A DNA stretch of 57,911 bases, the filler included, from Jimgerdemannia flammicorona (taxonomy: Eukaryota), in NCBI GenBank assembly GCA_003990765.1. It is 3 parts of 3 records of this genome, joined end to end, with 100 filler letters (N's around TTAATTAATTAA, not from the genome) between each part and the next. Parts side by side here need not be neighbours in the genome. Positions count along the whole stretch, not along the records: positions 1 to 19,239 come from RBNJ01001990.1; positions 19,340 to 38,575 come from RBNJ01001991.1; 1 more part is not named here. The stretch is one strand, 5' to 3'. The notes below the pieces were generated by a model that did no database searches, was not told the DNA's origin, and was given only the letters and a program-made list of their open reading frames with translations. Shown here one piece after another: positions 12,608-25,518 of the stretch. The number at the start of each line of letters is the position of its first letter. Positions within the stretch are counted from its first letter, which is position 1. Made by a program: the position numbers and the translations under genes.

Positions 12608-13039
12608 AGTATCTGACTGATTTACTATTATCACCCTTAATACTATCTGAAAAATAGTCACTTATATCAGAACTATATTTGCTGAAAAGCTTGCTAAAGC
12701 TCAAAGGACTCTACTTATAAATACTAATAATCTATAGATAATCTATACTAATACTTGATACTCAAGATTAACCAACTCTCTATATAGCTCATAAAATATC
12801 ATAATGATATCTTATTGATAATAGTAAAAGAAAAAAGATATTACACTAAAATAAGTATATCCTAGATATAGCCAGAGGTATATATAAGAAACTATAAAAA
12901 AGTAGAGAAAGTACTAATTTCATACTAATAAAGAGACAACTTATTACTATTATCTCTCCTTCACTATATCAATATAGGTACAGCAAACTAATCTAAGATA
13001 GAGAGAATAAAAGTAAAGGAAAGAAGACTTGAAAAATTG

Positions 13040-13320
13040 TTTTTTTTTTTTTTTTTTTTTTTAATAGACTTAAAGTTCTGCAGATTTTTATTAGAAGGAA
13101 ACCTAGACTATATATAGGCCAAAACTCTTCCCCACCACTTCTTGAGTACTATATCTCTATAAAATCTAAACTAGCTATTATTCAGCAGCTTGACTATATT
13201 AGGAACAATAGAACTTATATTAGTCTATACCTCATTCTACATATATACTCTTTCTACTACTAGAGAGAAAATGATCATATGTCTATGATTAAAGATATAT
13301 ATCCAAAACTCCAATATATA
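13040..13320 (-). mobile_element. 5'-truncated LINE 3' fragment (tail family 2)
   Basis: Poly(T) followed by homology to 5980-6230. Confidence 0.55.
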
Positions 13321-13569
13321 TATAAGACTATACTTGAGCTAATTTATATAATCTCTACTACTCCAAGTAGAGTAATAGGTAAAGAAAAACTCCTCTTAAA
13401 GTACAGAATAATAGATAGGACTTAGTTCTCTCTGATGAGGTAAGTAGAGAACTTATATATAAGGCAGAAGAAGACTCTTAATATCTCATTACTCAAGCCT
13501 ATAGACCTTAATCATATTGCTATATTAGCTTTTAGTTTCGGTTGAGTGTAGCTAAGATAGTATTATTTA

Positions 13570-16500
13570 GTTTATACAAACTTCTGATAATACTTTTAAT
13601 ACAACTTTTAAAGAAAAGATAATAGTAATATAGAAACCAATAAGTATTTAGAGAAGTGTACTAGGCAGTATAGCCTTAGTGTGTTTGACTGATAGTATGT
13701 AAAGAGGAGTTATGATTTGAAAGAGAGTCTGTTAGGCTCTCTAGCTAGTAGATATAGAGGGAGAAATAGTAGTACTGATAGACAAGAGATGGGGAGAGTG
13801 AGCTTTGCTGATAAAGTCAAGGCTGGGCACTCATAAACAGGCTTGGAGAGTTGGCTGTAGAGAGATAAGGAGAAGGTATGGGCTGCAGGACCTAGTAGGG
13901 TGACCTTAGAGAGTAGTAGTAATAGGACTGAGGGAGTAGTAGCTGGGGAGAGTAAGACTGCTGATAGAGGAAGAACTGCTAATCTGAAAAAAAAAATCCA
14001 GATATGATGACTGATGATAGATCTAGGCAGAGGGAGAGAACAAGACTAAAGAACTTGACTAATAATATAATAGATCTGGTAATAGCACTATTACTCAAGA
14101 AATCAGCATCTGAATTTACTATTATACTGTACTTCTAGAGCTTAGCAGTTATAGTAAAAATAGTTCTAAGACTTCTGACTCAGGAGATAAAGAAAGTAGC
14201 CTCCATGAAGTTCTTAAAGAAACTGAAAAGAGTAGTAATAGGTTTTGAGGAGGAGGATTTGATACTGTGAGTATTGAAGAGAGGAGTGGTAGTGGGGAGA
14301 GTAGTGATCTCAATAGCTTAGTACTTGTGCTAGGACCCCTGAGTAGTTCAGCTAGTGGTGGTGAATGTACCTATAGTAAAGAAGAAGATGGTCAGAGGGC
14401 TGATTATTGATGCTATCAAGAAGTATAGGGATATAATAGATGTTGGATTCAGAGTCTAAGAAGGTATAGAGTTTAGAATAGAGAATGTTGATATCAAGAT
14501 AAGGCTAGTAGACAAGAAGAATACTGGAAAAGGAAGGAATTGACCAGTAGTACTTAAGTGGGGTCTAGTGGAGTATAAGGTTTTGAGAGTAAAGAGAATA
14601 TCTGAGGAGGAGAACTTATTGGAGATATTAAAGAATCTAGCTGATATCATTAAGAGGAGAAGGCTGGCCTAGAAAGAGTTTGAGACTAAGACAGTAGTAG
14701 AGATTATAAATAGTAAGAGAGTACAACTAGATAGGACTGCTTGGGAGAGGGCTCAGAGAAGGTAGCTTCAGAAAGATTTGTTGACAAACTTAGTAAAGGG
14801 AACTGAGGGGGTAGATACTGCTCTGAGTATTAGATCTAGGACCAGTACCTAGGTAGGGAAGAAGAGAGTGGCTCAGAAGGTAACTTAGAGAGAGGGCAGA
14901 GATCAGAGGCAAAATATGGTAACTAAAGATAAAGTAATAGTAGAGGAGACTCAAGTTCAGTATGAGATATCTACAGGGAGAGAGAGGGCTGATAAGCTGT
15001 AAGATATACTGGAGGAGAGCTAGAATAAGTTAGTGAGGATAAATACTGATAGGGGTCAGGGAGCCAGAGGGCAGAAGGTGGCCCTGAAAGTTGTAGAAGC
15101 TATTGGAGATAAGTAATAGTTATGGAAGATACTGATAAATATTATAGCTAATGAGTTAAGAGAGGTAGATTTTTGTATTATTAGTAAGATATACTAGAGT
15201 GATATCTTATAGAGAGAAGAAGTAGTATAAAAGCTCCAAGATGAGTTGATGGCAGCTCTACTAGAGGTAAAGGAATATAAGATGAATGACAATAGGGAGG
15301 TAGTTCTTCTGGCAATTGCAAATAATCATACAGCCTATCTATAGGGACCTAGAAAGGGGCTGGTAAAGTGGCAGATAGTATGTAAGAAATATAGATCTTT
15401 TATAGAAGTACAGGATAGAGAGAACTATTGTAGTACTAGATGTTCAGCAATGAGAGGCAGACAATCTTGAGATAGAAAGAAACTTGGATGTAGCTAGTAA
15501 TATAGTGAGTATAAAATATAGAATAGAGGGTTTATCTTCAAATATTTATTCAAACTAAATAGTATAACTAGAATTTTCTCTCTGAATATCAATGAGTTAT
15601 GGGGAGTAGTGAGATATTGAAGTATTTTCTACTAGCTGCAGGAGTTGGATGCTGATCTATTTTTGCTATAGAATATAAAATATAATGAGAACTTAGATAT
15701 GTTAGACTAGATGAGAGAATGAGAGAGTACAGCAGTATAACAGAGTAGAGTGGGTATTTTAGTTCAAAAGGATAAGGAGAATATTAGAGATATTAGATAC
15801 TGAGGAAGCAGAGTAGTGTGGAGTATGTAGAGAAGACTGGGCTGGAACTCTGTGACTATTGTATCCTACTACTACTTAGTAGAAAGAGGGGTATGCTTGG
15901 AGTAGATAAGAGGATTATAAGACTCAGATACTATAGTAGAGGTGGGGATTGACTGTCTGAGAGAGAACTTTAACATAATTTATAATAGATGAATGGACAG
16001 AATAGATGGAAAGAGGGGGCTGGCTGATAGGAGTGGAGAAATAGAGGACTGGGAGAAGGTAGAAAGACTAAGCTCTCTGATAGATGCAGGCCAACTGAGG
16101 TGAGGAGATCACCAGGTATATACTCACTGAGTAGTTAGACTTAACTTGAGAATTGACTAGATTTTGACTGCTGAGTGCTAGGAGAGTGATGTTTGGGAAT
16201 CTTTAGAGACAGTATAGTATCCATAGTCTGATTATTAAGATCTTCTGAGATGTGAAAGGTTTAGAGAAAGTGGGAAGGAATCTAGATATTAATATCTAAA
16301 TACTTTCTTACTGAGAGGTCTTTTTGTAGGATGTCTGAGTGGTGGACATTCACTCTAAAATTCTTAGTTAGAGGGCAAATAGACTGATGATTGGGGATTG
16401 ATAGCAGAGATTGAAGTCTGATACTCAATAGTTCTGAGGAGAGGTAGAAAAGATGAAGAGTGTCTAGAAGAGAGATTATATAATGTGGGCTTCTTGTAGA

Positions 16501-19239
16501 TTAGAGAAGTTGTTAATGATATGAGCTAAATTGATAGTAGTTAGAGAGGGAGGAGATTGGTAGACTCAGTAGATCAGATTCAAGATAGAGGAACTACAGA
16601 AGTTACTAAGGTAGGAGGAGAAATTACAAGTAAAGAGTATAGTAGTCTAGCTATAGTGATAGGACTTAGAGGAGAGAGAAAAGTCTATGAAGTTTTTATC
16701 AAGGCTACTTTGGGTAAGAAGGGTGAAGTAGTAGTGAGAAGGAGTATTAGATAAGGTAGAGAAGATAGTGGTAAGAACTTAGGAGATCTTGAGCTATTTG
16801 AGTAAATATTAGAAATATCTATAAAGTGAGAAGAAGAGTGAAGAGAATATACTAGATATTGAATAATATCTGAAGAACTGATACTCAGACCCAGTAGAGG
16901 GTCTGGGAGAACTTATAGTAGTAGTATAAGGAGAGAAGATCTATTAGGTATTGGCAATGATAAGTCTTGAGATAGCCCCTAAGGAGGAAGATCTACTCTG
17001 AAATTTCTAAAAGAGAATAGTAGATATTAAGTTAATATTAGAGGAGATAGTATAGATATATAATAAAGTTATTAGCTCTGAGGCCTAGATTGAGAGATAG
17101 TATCTGAGACTTATAGCTCTATTATATAAGGATAAGAGAAGAAGAGAGGAGTAGAAGAACTAGAGGCCAATCATACTCTTGGATATAGATTACAAGTTGG
17201 TCATAAAAATCTTAGTAGCCAGACTATAGAGAGTAGCTCAGAGAATACTAGAAGAGAAGCAGAGAGACTTTATTAGTGACTATTTGATTATAGATAGAAT
17301 AGTATAGATATATAGTATTATTGAGAGAGCTTATGCTATAGGAGTAGATAGTCACCTTATGTTTCTGGACCAGGAGAAAACTTATAATATAGTTAAGAGA
17401 ATATGACTGAAGAGAGTTCTAAAGTAAATTAGAGTTTCTTTAGAGTTTCAGAGATCTTTAGTTAGTCTGTTAGAGGAAAGTCAGATAGCTATTATAGTGA
17501 ATAGGTACTAGGAGATTTCATTCCTCCTAGATAGAGGGGTACTGCAGAGAGATCTACTATTACTGATCCTTTATACTCTTTCTTTAGAGCTTCTGTGAGA
17601 CAGAATTAGATATAAGATGAGAGGGTTAAATATTCTTGAGATGAATTGGAAGGTAAAAATCTTTACTGATAATATAGTAGTTGGGCTGAGCTCTGTGGAA
17701 GATATGGTAGCACTGAAGAAAGCAGTGGAATAGTATAAAGAGTACTCAGAGACCAAGTTTAACTAATACAAGTATGAGACCCTGGTATTAGAAAGAGAAA
17801 TAGTAGGCAGAAATGTAATTGGAATAATTATTCTAGCAGAAGAGATGGTTTATTATTGGGAATCTACTTCTTAGTATATAACTCTCTATTATCTAGGAGA
17901 TGATAGGAGCAGTAGTTAGTAGAGTGAAAGAATATACTTCTAGAGTAGAAAGGTTGATATATCTCTCTAACAAGAAGAGTAATAGTATTGAATATATATT
18001 AGCTACCTAAGTTGTAATATCTGGCATATTACTTAGACTTTCCAGTATAAGTAGTCAAGAGATTGCTAAAGATAGCCCAGATCTAGATCTGGGCAGAATG
18101 GTATAGTCAGATTAGATGAGAGATATTAATGCTACCTGTCAACTAGGGGAGGTTGGGTCTGGTGGATCTTATCAAGTGATTATACTGCTTGAGAATATGG
18201 TGGCTGAGATGAGCTAGTAAACTACAGGGTCAGAAGTAAGTATCTCTTATATAGAAGATGTAGGAGGTATAGTTCTCTCTCTAAGATATGTCTGATAACT
18301 TACTCTCTCTGATAGTACTAGAGGAAAGCTAGAGGATACAATTTAGGAGATTCTGGTGAGATATAGTAGATAGAACTCATTATATTAGTCTCTGCTAGTG
18401 GGGTGATGAGAGTAAGATAGACTAGAGACTCCAGATATAAAGATGAGATCATCTTTTGCTGGAGGGGATATCTGTAAATAACTTTTATCTAGAGGATGAT
18501 ATAGAGTATCTTTAAGAATATGAGAGAGATCTGTGACCAGAGGCTTAACAGAGGATAGAGATTAGTGAAGAGTGGGACTAGGCTGACATCTGATCATAGA
18601 GTAAGAAGATGGTATAGTAAATTCTGCCCAAGTTCTAAGTAACATGGTGGAGGCTTCTATAATAAAATATGATATTGAACTTTTGGTCAGAATATCTGAT
18701 AGAAGAGAGGGCCTTAGAGTGTGAGGAGTACTTTGATGTCAGACAAAAGAGAGAAGTGGTTCAGATCTCAGAATATTAGCTAGGAGAGTGTAAAGTACTA
18801 GAAGACTTTTGGAGAGTAATCAAGAGCTGGCTGAGAGACCACCCCCCTGAGCTAGAGATAGAGGAGAGATAGGATGGCCTCCAGAGGAGGCTGGTGGGAG
18901 AGATTGGTAATGAGTGATTAACCATTGGATAGATTCTGGCTGTATGAGTTAGACTTGCTGAATATTGACTGTATATATTTGAGGATGGCCAGAAGTTGAC
19001 ACTTGGGGTGTAGGTTGCTAGGTGGGAATGATTAATGCTAGGGCTTTTGAATGGATAGTAGTGAGGGTAGGAACCTGGAAGAGGAATTTGTCAAGGGCTT
19101 ATAGAGAAGATTTGTGAGAGAAGTAGGGGGAGGATCAGAGTGGTAGAGAGGAATGATGGTGTTCCAGATGAGTGGATGGAGGGAAGGGAGCGGTTGAAAG
19201 GGGGGTCCGGGGGCGGAGGCGTCGGGGGATATCCTTTTT
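13570..19239 (+). mobile_element. Degenerate L1/Tx1-type LINE (ORF1; ORF2 APE-RT), copy A, running into the gap
   Basis: ORF1 relics (SFADKVK, CCHC-like knuckle ~14360-14410). ORF2 starts ~15560 with RIFSLNxNG, then GDFN, RID, KNWRPITLLDxDYKL (~17155), FLDQEKxY (~17362), QxDxL..xLY and FxDD. Colinear with 33305-38090. Confidence 0.85.
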
Positions 19240-19339
19240 NNNNNNNNNNNNNNNNNNNNNNNNNNNNNNNNNNNNNNNNNNNNTTAATTAATTAANNNNN
19301 NNNNNNNNNNNNNNNNNNNNNNNNNNNNNNNNNNNNNNN
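19240..19339. other. Artificial contig linker (N44-TTAATTAATTAA-N44)
   Basis: Six-frame stop palindrome centred in exactly 100 bp. Identical to 38576-38675. Confidence 0.97.
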
Positions 19340-19433
19340 AAAAAAAAAAAAAAAAAAATGGTATGAAAGGAGAAACGTAGCACGAAGGGAGAAACTGCTA
19401 AATACTCTATCTGGACTGAACCTTGGGTTATAG

Positions 19434-19607
19434 AACGATGGCGACATTTACGACGCATTGCGCGAGGCCCTTACATACCTTACAAAGCAACGAAACATTA
19501 CGCAAGCTCTACAATTCTCACTTACGAGGGTGGCTGCGACAACGGAGGGCGGTGGGGGAGAATCTGCACAAATGCAAAAAGGAGGAGGAGGATTTTCGCG
19601 CTCATGA
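19434..19607 (+). CDS. Possible terminal exon of an unidentified host gene
   Basis: CTGAAC branch-like site and TAG acceptor, then NDGDIYDALREALTYLTKQRNITQALQF...FSRS* in CpG-intact DNA. Confidence 0.3.
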   Translation, partial: NDGDIYDALREALTYLTKQRNITQALQFSLTRVAATTEGGGGESAQMQKGGGGFSRS

Positions 19608-20632
19608 CGCCACAGGGGCTGGCGGCAATAAATAAGAAGGAGATCGAAGATCTGATGACGCCGTTGACGTTGCGGGCGGGAGAGGATATTTTTTGAGTAT
19701 TATGTTTGGAGAGTCGAATGAGCCCTGTGTCGTTTGCAATTGGCTCCCCTGATATTATCCCCTAGTATTTCTTCGTGAGCAACAGAGTGTCCGCGTCTGA
19801 CACTATTCAGTAAGCACATTAATGAAACTAACGGTGTTGATGTTCGAGGCTTTCAAAAAACGTTCATATGTTGGAAGATGTTATCCGCGGACCGAAAATC
19901 CAACGACGAGAATCCATCAAACCAGTCACCATTATCATACAGTGGCCTAGATAGACTTGTGCAATTGGGAGGAAGAGTGTTAGATTGTAAATGTAGTATT
20001 ACTGCTCGCTCTGCACTAATTTACTTACTGATAGTATTGTCCTTCAGAAAGAATGTAAACATACCCGCTATTTTTTTATTTAATGGATGCAGTTAATAGC
20101 TATTATCCGTTTAAACCCTTTTTCACACCTGCAAGAATTCCCGTAATACATTAGTAAGAGTGCGAAAACTTGCATGATACCTCGGAAGGAACTTCTTTGT
20201 GATGTTTCCCAGAAGTATGTCGCTAATAAATAAAGAGCGGTCGTGTGCCTGAAAAAGTCGGACCTATTGGGACGTCTTTGCTAATGAATTCCTAGGGATT
20301 TAAAATTCTGGCACCCGTCTGGTGGGGAAATTGCGGTACTCCCTACAATGCAAATATCGCTTCCATACAGCACATAAGAAAACAATTTCTTGTTTGCTGC
20401 ATGTACGTAAGTCCCGCGATTTTTTGTATCCTATATTCACTAAGGTCATAATTTCTTGGGTGCTTCCTATGCAAATGCAGCCCGACATACAAAGATCCCG
20501 ACTGGTCTACAGTTTGTACTACAACAAAAATAGTGACATGCACATATAATGACAACTGATGGCTTAAACAGGTATCAAGCCGATCGTGTCAATCAGCAAT
20601 TACACAATTAGCCTCTCAAAACTTATGTATAT

Positions 20633-21675
20633 TGTAATGTGCCAGCTCAATGGAGGCAAATTACAAGGTTGGGGCTGCTATGTAGTTTGGCTTAAGTCCC
20701 ACCAGTTACTTATTCAAAAGCAACAAAATGTTCAATAGTTTCTCTGTTTTACATATGTAACATAGATAATTTCGGTATATTTCCTAATTAGGCAGCATTC
20801 TTGGGGTTTCTGTGTAATGTGGATTTTCTTATTAAAAAGGGTTGAGGTAATTTCTGTATAGTGCGAGTGATTTCCTTCTTGACTTCAGTGTGATGATCCT
20901 GGCAATTGTGATATGGACAATCTGGCAGTTTTTCTTATTAGGTAGAAATTCAGGTGATGTGGATTCTTGAACAAAATGGCAGATAGTGTGGATTCTTTCT
21001 GAACCAGCAGATTACTTAAAAACAGTGGACTTCTCTTCTTGGCTGACAAAGTTATATCAAAGACTGCTTTGTTTGTATAAACAGATTTATTGCAAATATG
21101 TATCAGATAGACTAGTTTTATAGCAAGATGGTGGACTTCTTTAAAATAACTAGGATGATTTGAATTTCTCTCAAATAGCAGCAAAGTTCTTTACTCAAAC
21201 TTAGTGGCAAACTCAGGCTTTATATTGAAAAGTGGACCAGAGTGAAAAATAGCTCACAACTTCTGAGCAGTGGCTCATTAGTAGGTTTCTTCTCCTAAGT
21301 ATATCAGAAAATTAGCTTTTGCTTTAATTTTTAGACTGAGGTTTATTTACTCTTATCTTTGAGATATTTTATAAAGTTGTGATTACTATCTGATTGCTAT
21401 GTAGCTAATTATAGAATATACAGGAATACTATTTTGAGAAGAGGAGTGATCAGATATATCTATTAAATACAAATGTATCTGATAGGTATAGGTGTGTTCA
21501 AAAGATACAGGTATATCTGATGGATATAGGTATGTTCTTAGGATACAGACCAATAAAGCTGATTTAGTATCTTACTAATTATAAGTAGTAGTATATATAA
21601 GTAACTAGGTATAAGTAACTATACTATGCTGAGTATTTATATTATCTAGTAATACTATGTTATTTACTTATTACA
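20633..21675 (-). repeat. 3' LTR of the gypsy element
   Basis: TGTAA...TTACA. Direct repeat of 29366-30403. Confidence 0.85.
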
Positions 21676-24600
21676 TCAGCCTCCACAAAGAGTAGTCTGT
21701 CTCTAGACTATTTTTTAGTCATCATTGTAATATCCATAGATATCTTCAGCTTCTATGTCTATACTATTATATCTTCTTTAGTATATATCTGAATTACTCT
21801 ATTCTAGTGGCTCTTCTTCTTTCTAAGAGAACAGATCTTCAATGTAGTTGATAATGCTTAAGTAGGTAGATATGGTTATTTTCTAAAAGTCATTTATAGA
21901 GAACTGGACCTAGGTTAGTACTGTAATATTTTATTTGTAGATTGTGTAGAGTCTGTCTATAGCAATAGTATTTCTTCTGGAAAGATCAGTAGTATTGTAG
22001 ATATAGATCTGTTCTGAGGCTAGAAGGTTTTGTAGTAGTTAGTTAATTATATAATAGGCCTATAGTTGGTGAATCTATAGTAAGCATTTTGCCAAGGTAA
22101 GGTTTTCTTAGTATACCCAAATCTATTAAAGATAGGTTCTATTAATTTCTCAGAACTGAGATAAGAGGACTTGTAGAGATTAAAAAAAACTAAGAACAAG
22201 AGTATAGAGATACTGATCAATCCTCTAATTTATTATATAGATAGTAAGTATATCTTAAGGTAATTGGTATAGACTGGAGTCCTCAGAGTATATCTATTTA
22301 TACTTCTTAAATAGATGCTAGTTCCTCTAATATTATATATAAGATAAGGTTCTTTCTATTTGAGCTATAGTTTGGTGGCAAAGTTATTTTAATAATACTT
22401 CTCTAGACTAATACTAGATCTCTAATCTTGATCTTCTTATCTTTTTACTTCTGATCATAATACTTCTTTAGACTTTTCTAGGCCTTGATTATGTGAGCTC
22501 AGACTTGATTATATAATTATTCTGCTTTTTTGAAGAGATCTCTGAGATTCTTATAATTAGTAGTTCTGGTTCTCTTAGTAAACATCATCTTGAATAGCTT
22601 TGTTTAGTAGAGATAGTAGGGGTATTATGAATTTTCCATAAGATTTCTGATAAGTAGAGATCCCAGTTGATAGGATTAACTCAGACAAGTTCTTTCTTGA
22701 TAGTTTGGTTCATTTATTCTATTATATCATTAGTTTGAGAGTAATATGATACAGTTTATTTGAGGTGGATCTTGTGAATTCAGATATAACTTATGATTAT
22801 ATTATTGATAAATTCAGTACCTTAGTCAGAAATAAGTTCTTCTAGAGGTCTATATCTAAGTATAAGACTAATGAAGAGGCCAACAATAATTAAGACATCA
22901 GCAATTTCCATTGAGAAAGCTTCAGGCCATTTAGTCAAATATTTTATAAATATTAGAATATATTTGTTCTTTCTCAATATAAATAATAAGAGTTTAATAA
23001 TATCTACTTTCTATCTCTGAAAGATATTGTCTAATGATATAATTGATTATAGTAGTACTTAGTAGTTCTCCTTTTCTTAGTATTTCTGGTAGATATCATA
23101 TTTCTTAAATATGTCTCTGACTTGTATTCTGAGATTAAGTTAATGTTAATATATTATTTATAGCTTTACTTCTATATTTATCTATCCTTGATGGGCTTTC
23201 TGGTATTCTTTTTAGAAAGCTCTTCTTGTGCTTTGATAGTTATGAGAGCTTCCTTTAGGATATAGTTTCTCAATATACTCTTCTTCTGATTCATTGGAAT
23301 TGGTAGAAAAGTATATCAACATTATTGTAAGCTTTTTCTAACTTATAAATAATAGTGATTTTGTAATCCTATAAGATAAGAATCCAGCAGATAAGAATTC
23401 CAGTAGGTTTCTTACAGTTGAATAGTTATTTGAGAGTAATATAGTTAGTTATCAGAGTGAATCTTTTTCTGATAAGATAGTGTTTGAACAGGGTGACTAT
23501 CTATATAACTTTAAGATATTATAGTTTAGTACTACTATAATTGGTTTTTTGTTAGTTGATAGCTCAGCTTGTATATATTAGCTATTATATAGTACTGCTG
23601 ATCAGATTCTTCTTGAGCTAGAACTATACTGAGCTATCTTTGAAGATATCTATATATAAGATAAATGACTTCTATTAGTTGAGTCATATAAAGATTAGTG
23701 CTATAATCATATAGCACTTGAGTTCTCTAAAGGCTAGTTCTTGTAGTTCTATCTATTTATATGGTTCTTCTTTCTTGAGAAAAGTTTGAATTAGAGTGAT
23801 AATTTGGGCTAAGTCTTTGATAAATCTTCTATAGTAGGATATTAATATCAGAGATGATAATGTTTTCTTCTAGATCTTAGATACTGACTAGTTATTGAAC
23901 TTTTCAGTTTTCTTTAGATCTGCTTGAGATCCTTCTTTAGAAATAATAAATATAAGAAATTTGAGTTTCTATTTTTCAAAGTAGTTTTCTTAATATTGAG
24001 TCTCAGGTAGTTCTTACAGATAAGTTGGAAGAATTCTTTTAAATAGTGCAGGTGTTCTTCAAAATTTTCTGAATAGATTTTGGAATCATCTATGTATACA
24101 ATCAGGCAGTGGTAAATCAGTAGTCTATAGACTGAGTTCATTATTCTCTAAAAGATAAGAGATATATTACAGAGGCCAATGAGTATTCAGAGATATTCAA
24201 ACAGTTTTTCAAGAGCAAGAAAAGCTGTTTTCTGAATATCTTTGGGGTCTATAGAAATCTCATAAAATTCTGCAAAAAGATCTATACTGCTAAAGTATCT
24301 GGTATCTTTTAATTGATCTAGAAGGTCATCAATTCTGGACAAAGAGTAGATATCTTTTTCTATTACTGAGTTGAGCTTTCTGTAATCTTTGCAGAGTCTC
24401 CATCTTCTTTTCTTGAGTATAATAAATATTGAATGGTCTAGGAGCTGATAGAGAGTCAGATAACTCTATTATCTAAGAGTTTCTAAATATGTTCCTTCTC
24501 AAATATCTTTAGATGATGGAGTATTCTCTAAGGCTTTTGCTGAATAAGTATTGTATTTTGTATTTATACTATTATAGTATAATAGATTATATAGCAGATT

Positions 24601-25375
24601 GCCATAATCTATAATAAAAATATCTTGATATTTATGAAAGAGTTCTACTAGTTGCTATTATTACTGAGGGATTAATTCTTCTCTAATATTAGTAGAAGAC
24701 TTTACTTTCTCCTTAGTTACAGAAAGGCCTTTCCTTTCTTCTGAGACCTTTTGCTATTTTATGATAGGTTTAGTTTATAAACTTCTCTGTAAGTCTAGTT
24801 GAGATAGGGTATCAAATAGTCTATAATGGTTTCTTTTAGCAGAATGAGGCTTTTCTAGTTACTTAAGAGTATACAGGATTTATTTTGTCAGAAAATATGT
24901 ATCTTCTATATCTAAGTTCTTAATATCCTTATTAGATTTGAAGAAGAGATTCTTAGGATTAGATAGTGTAAAGATTTTAAAGATGGTCTCCTCTCCTAGT
25001 TCTAGAGTGAGGTTTTTGTATAGCTTGACTAGTTGACAGTATATATATTAAGGAGTATCCTTCTTGAAGTGGTTGACCTGAAGGAGGTATACTTCTTTCT
25101 TGTCTAAGTTTCTAAATTCTTCAATTTGTCTTGTATCTTAAGTTAGTATTGAGATCTCTTATAGTTGGAGAGTCTTGATCTTCATGAAGATAGCTTGATC
25201 AATCTTTTGCCATTTATAGATTCCATTCCATTCTATATTACTATTATTTAGAATGACCTTAATTTTGTCTATATATCTAGAATCTATTGTTTCTCCTTCA
25301 ATAGTTATTCCTTATCTAGTGAGTCCAGACCTTGAGATAAGTTTCTTTGGATAATTGTATAGCTAGTTCTATACT

Positions 25376-25518
25376 TAGTACTTCCAAATAAATCAAATTA
25401 ATTTAAATCAAATTAAATTGAGGCTCATTTAAATCAAATCAAATTGGGGATTTTTCAATTTAAATAAAGTTTGAATTGAATCAAATTAGACCTTTGATTT
25501 GATTTGTTGAGAGTACTC
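25376..25518. mobile_element. 143-bp hAT-type MITE inserted in the gypsy dUTPase region
   Basis: Perfect 8-bp TSD TCTATACT (25368-25375 and 25519-25526), TAGTACT../..AGTACTC ends and AAATC/GATTT subterminal repeats. Confidence 0.8.

Noticed and set aside
19284..19295. Perfect palindrome TTAATTAATTAA
   Set aside because: Synthetic six-frame-stop linker inside the N gap.
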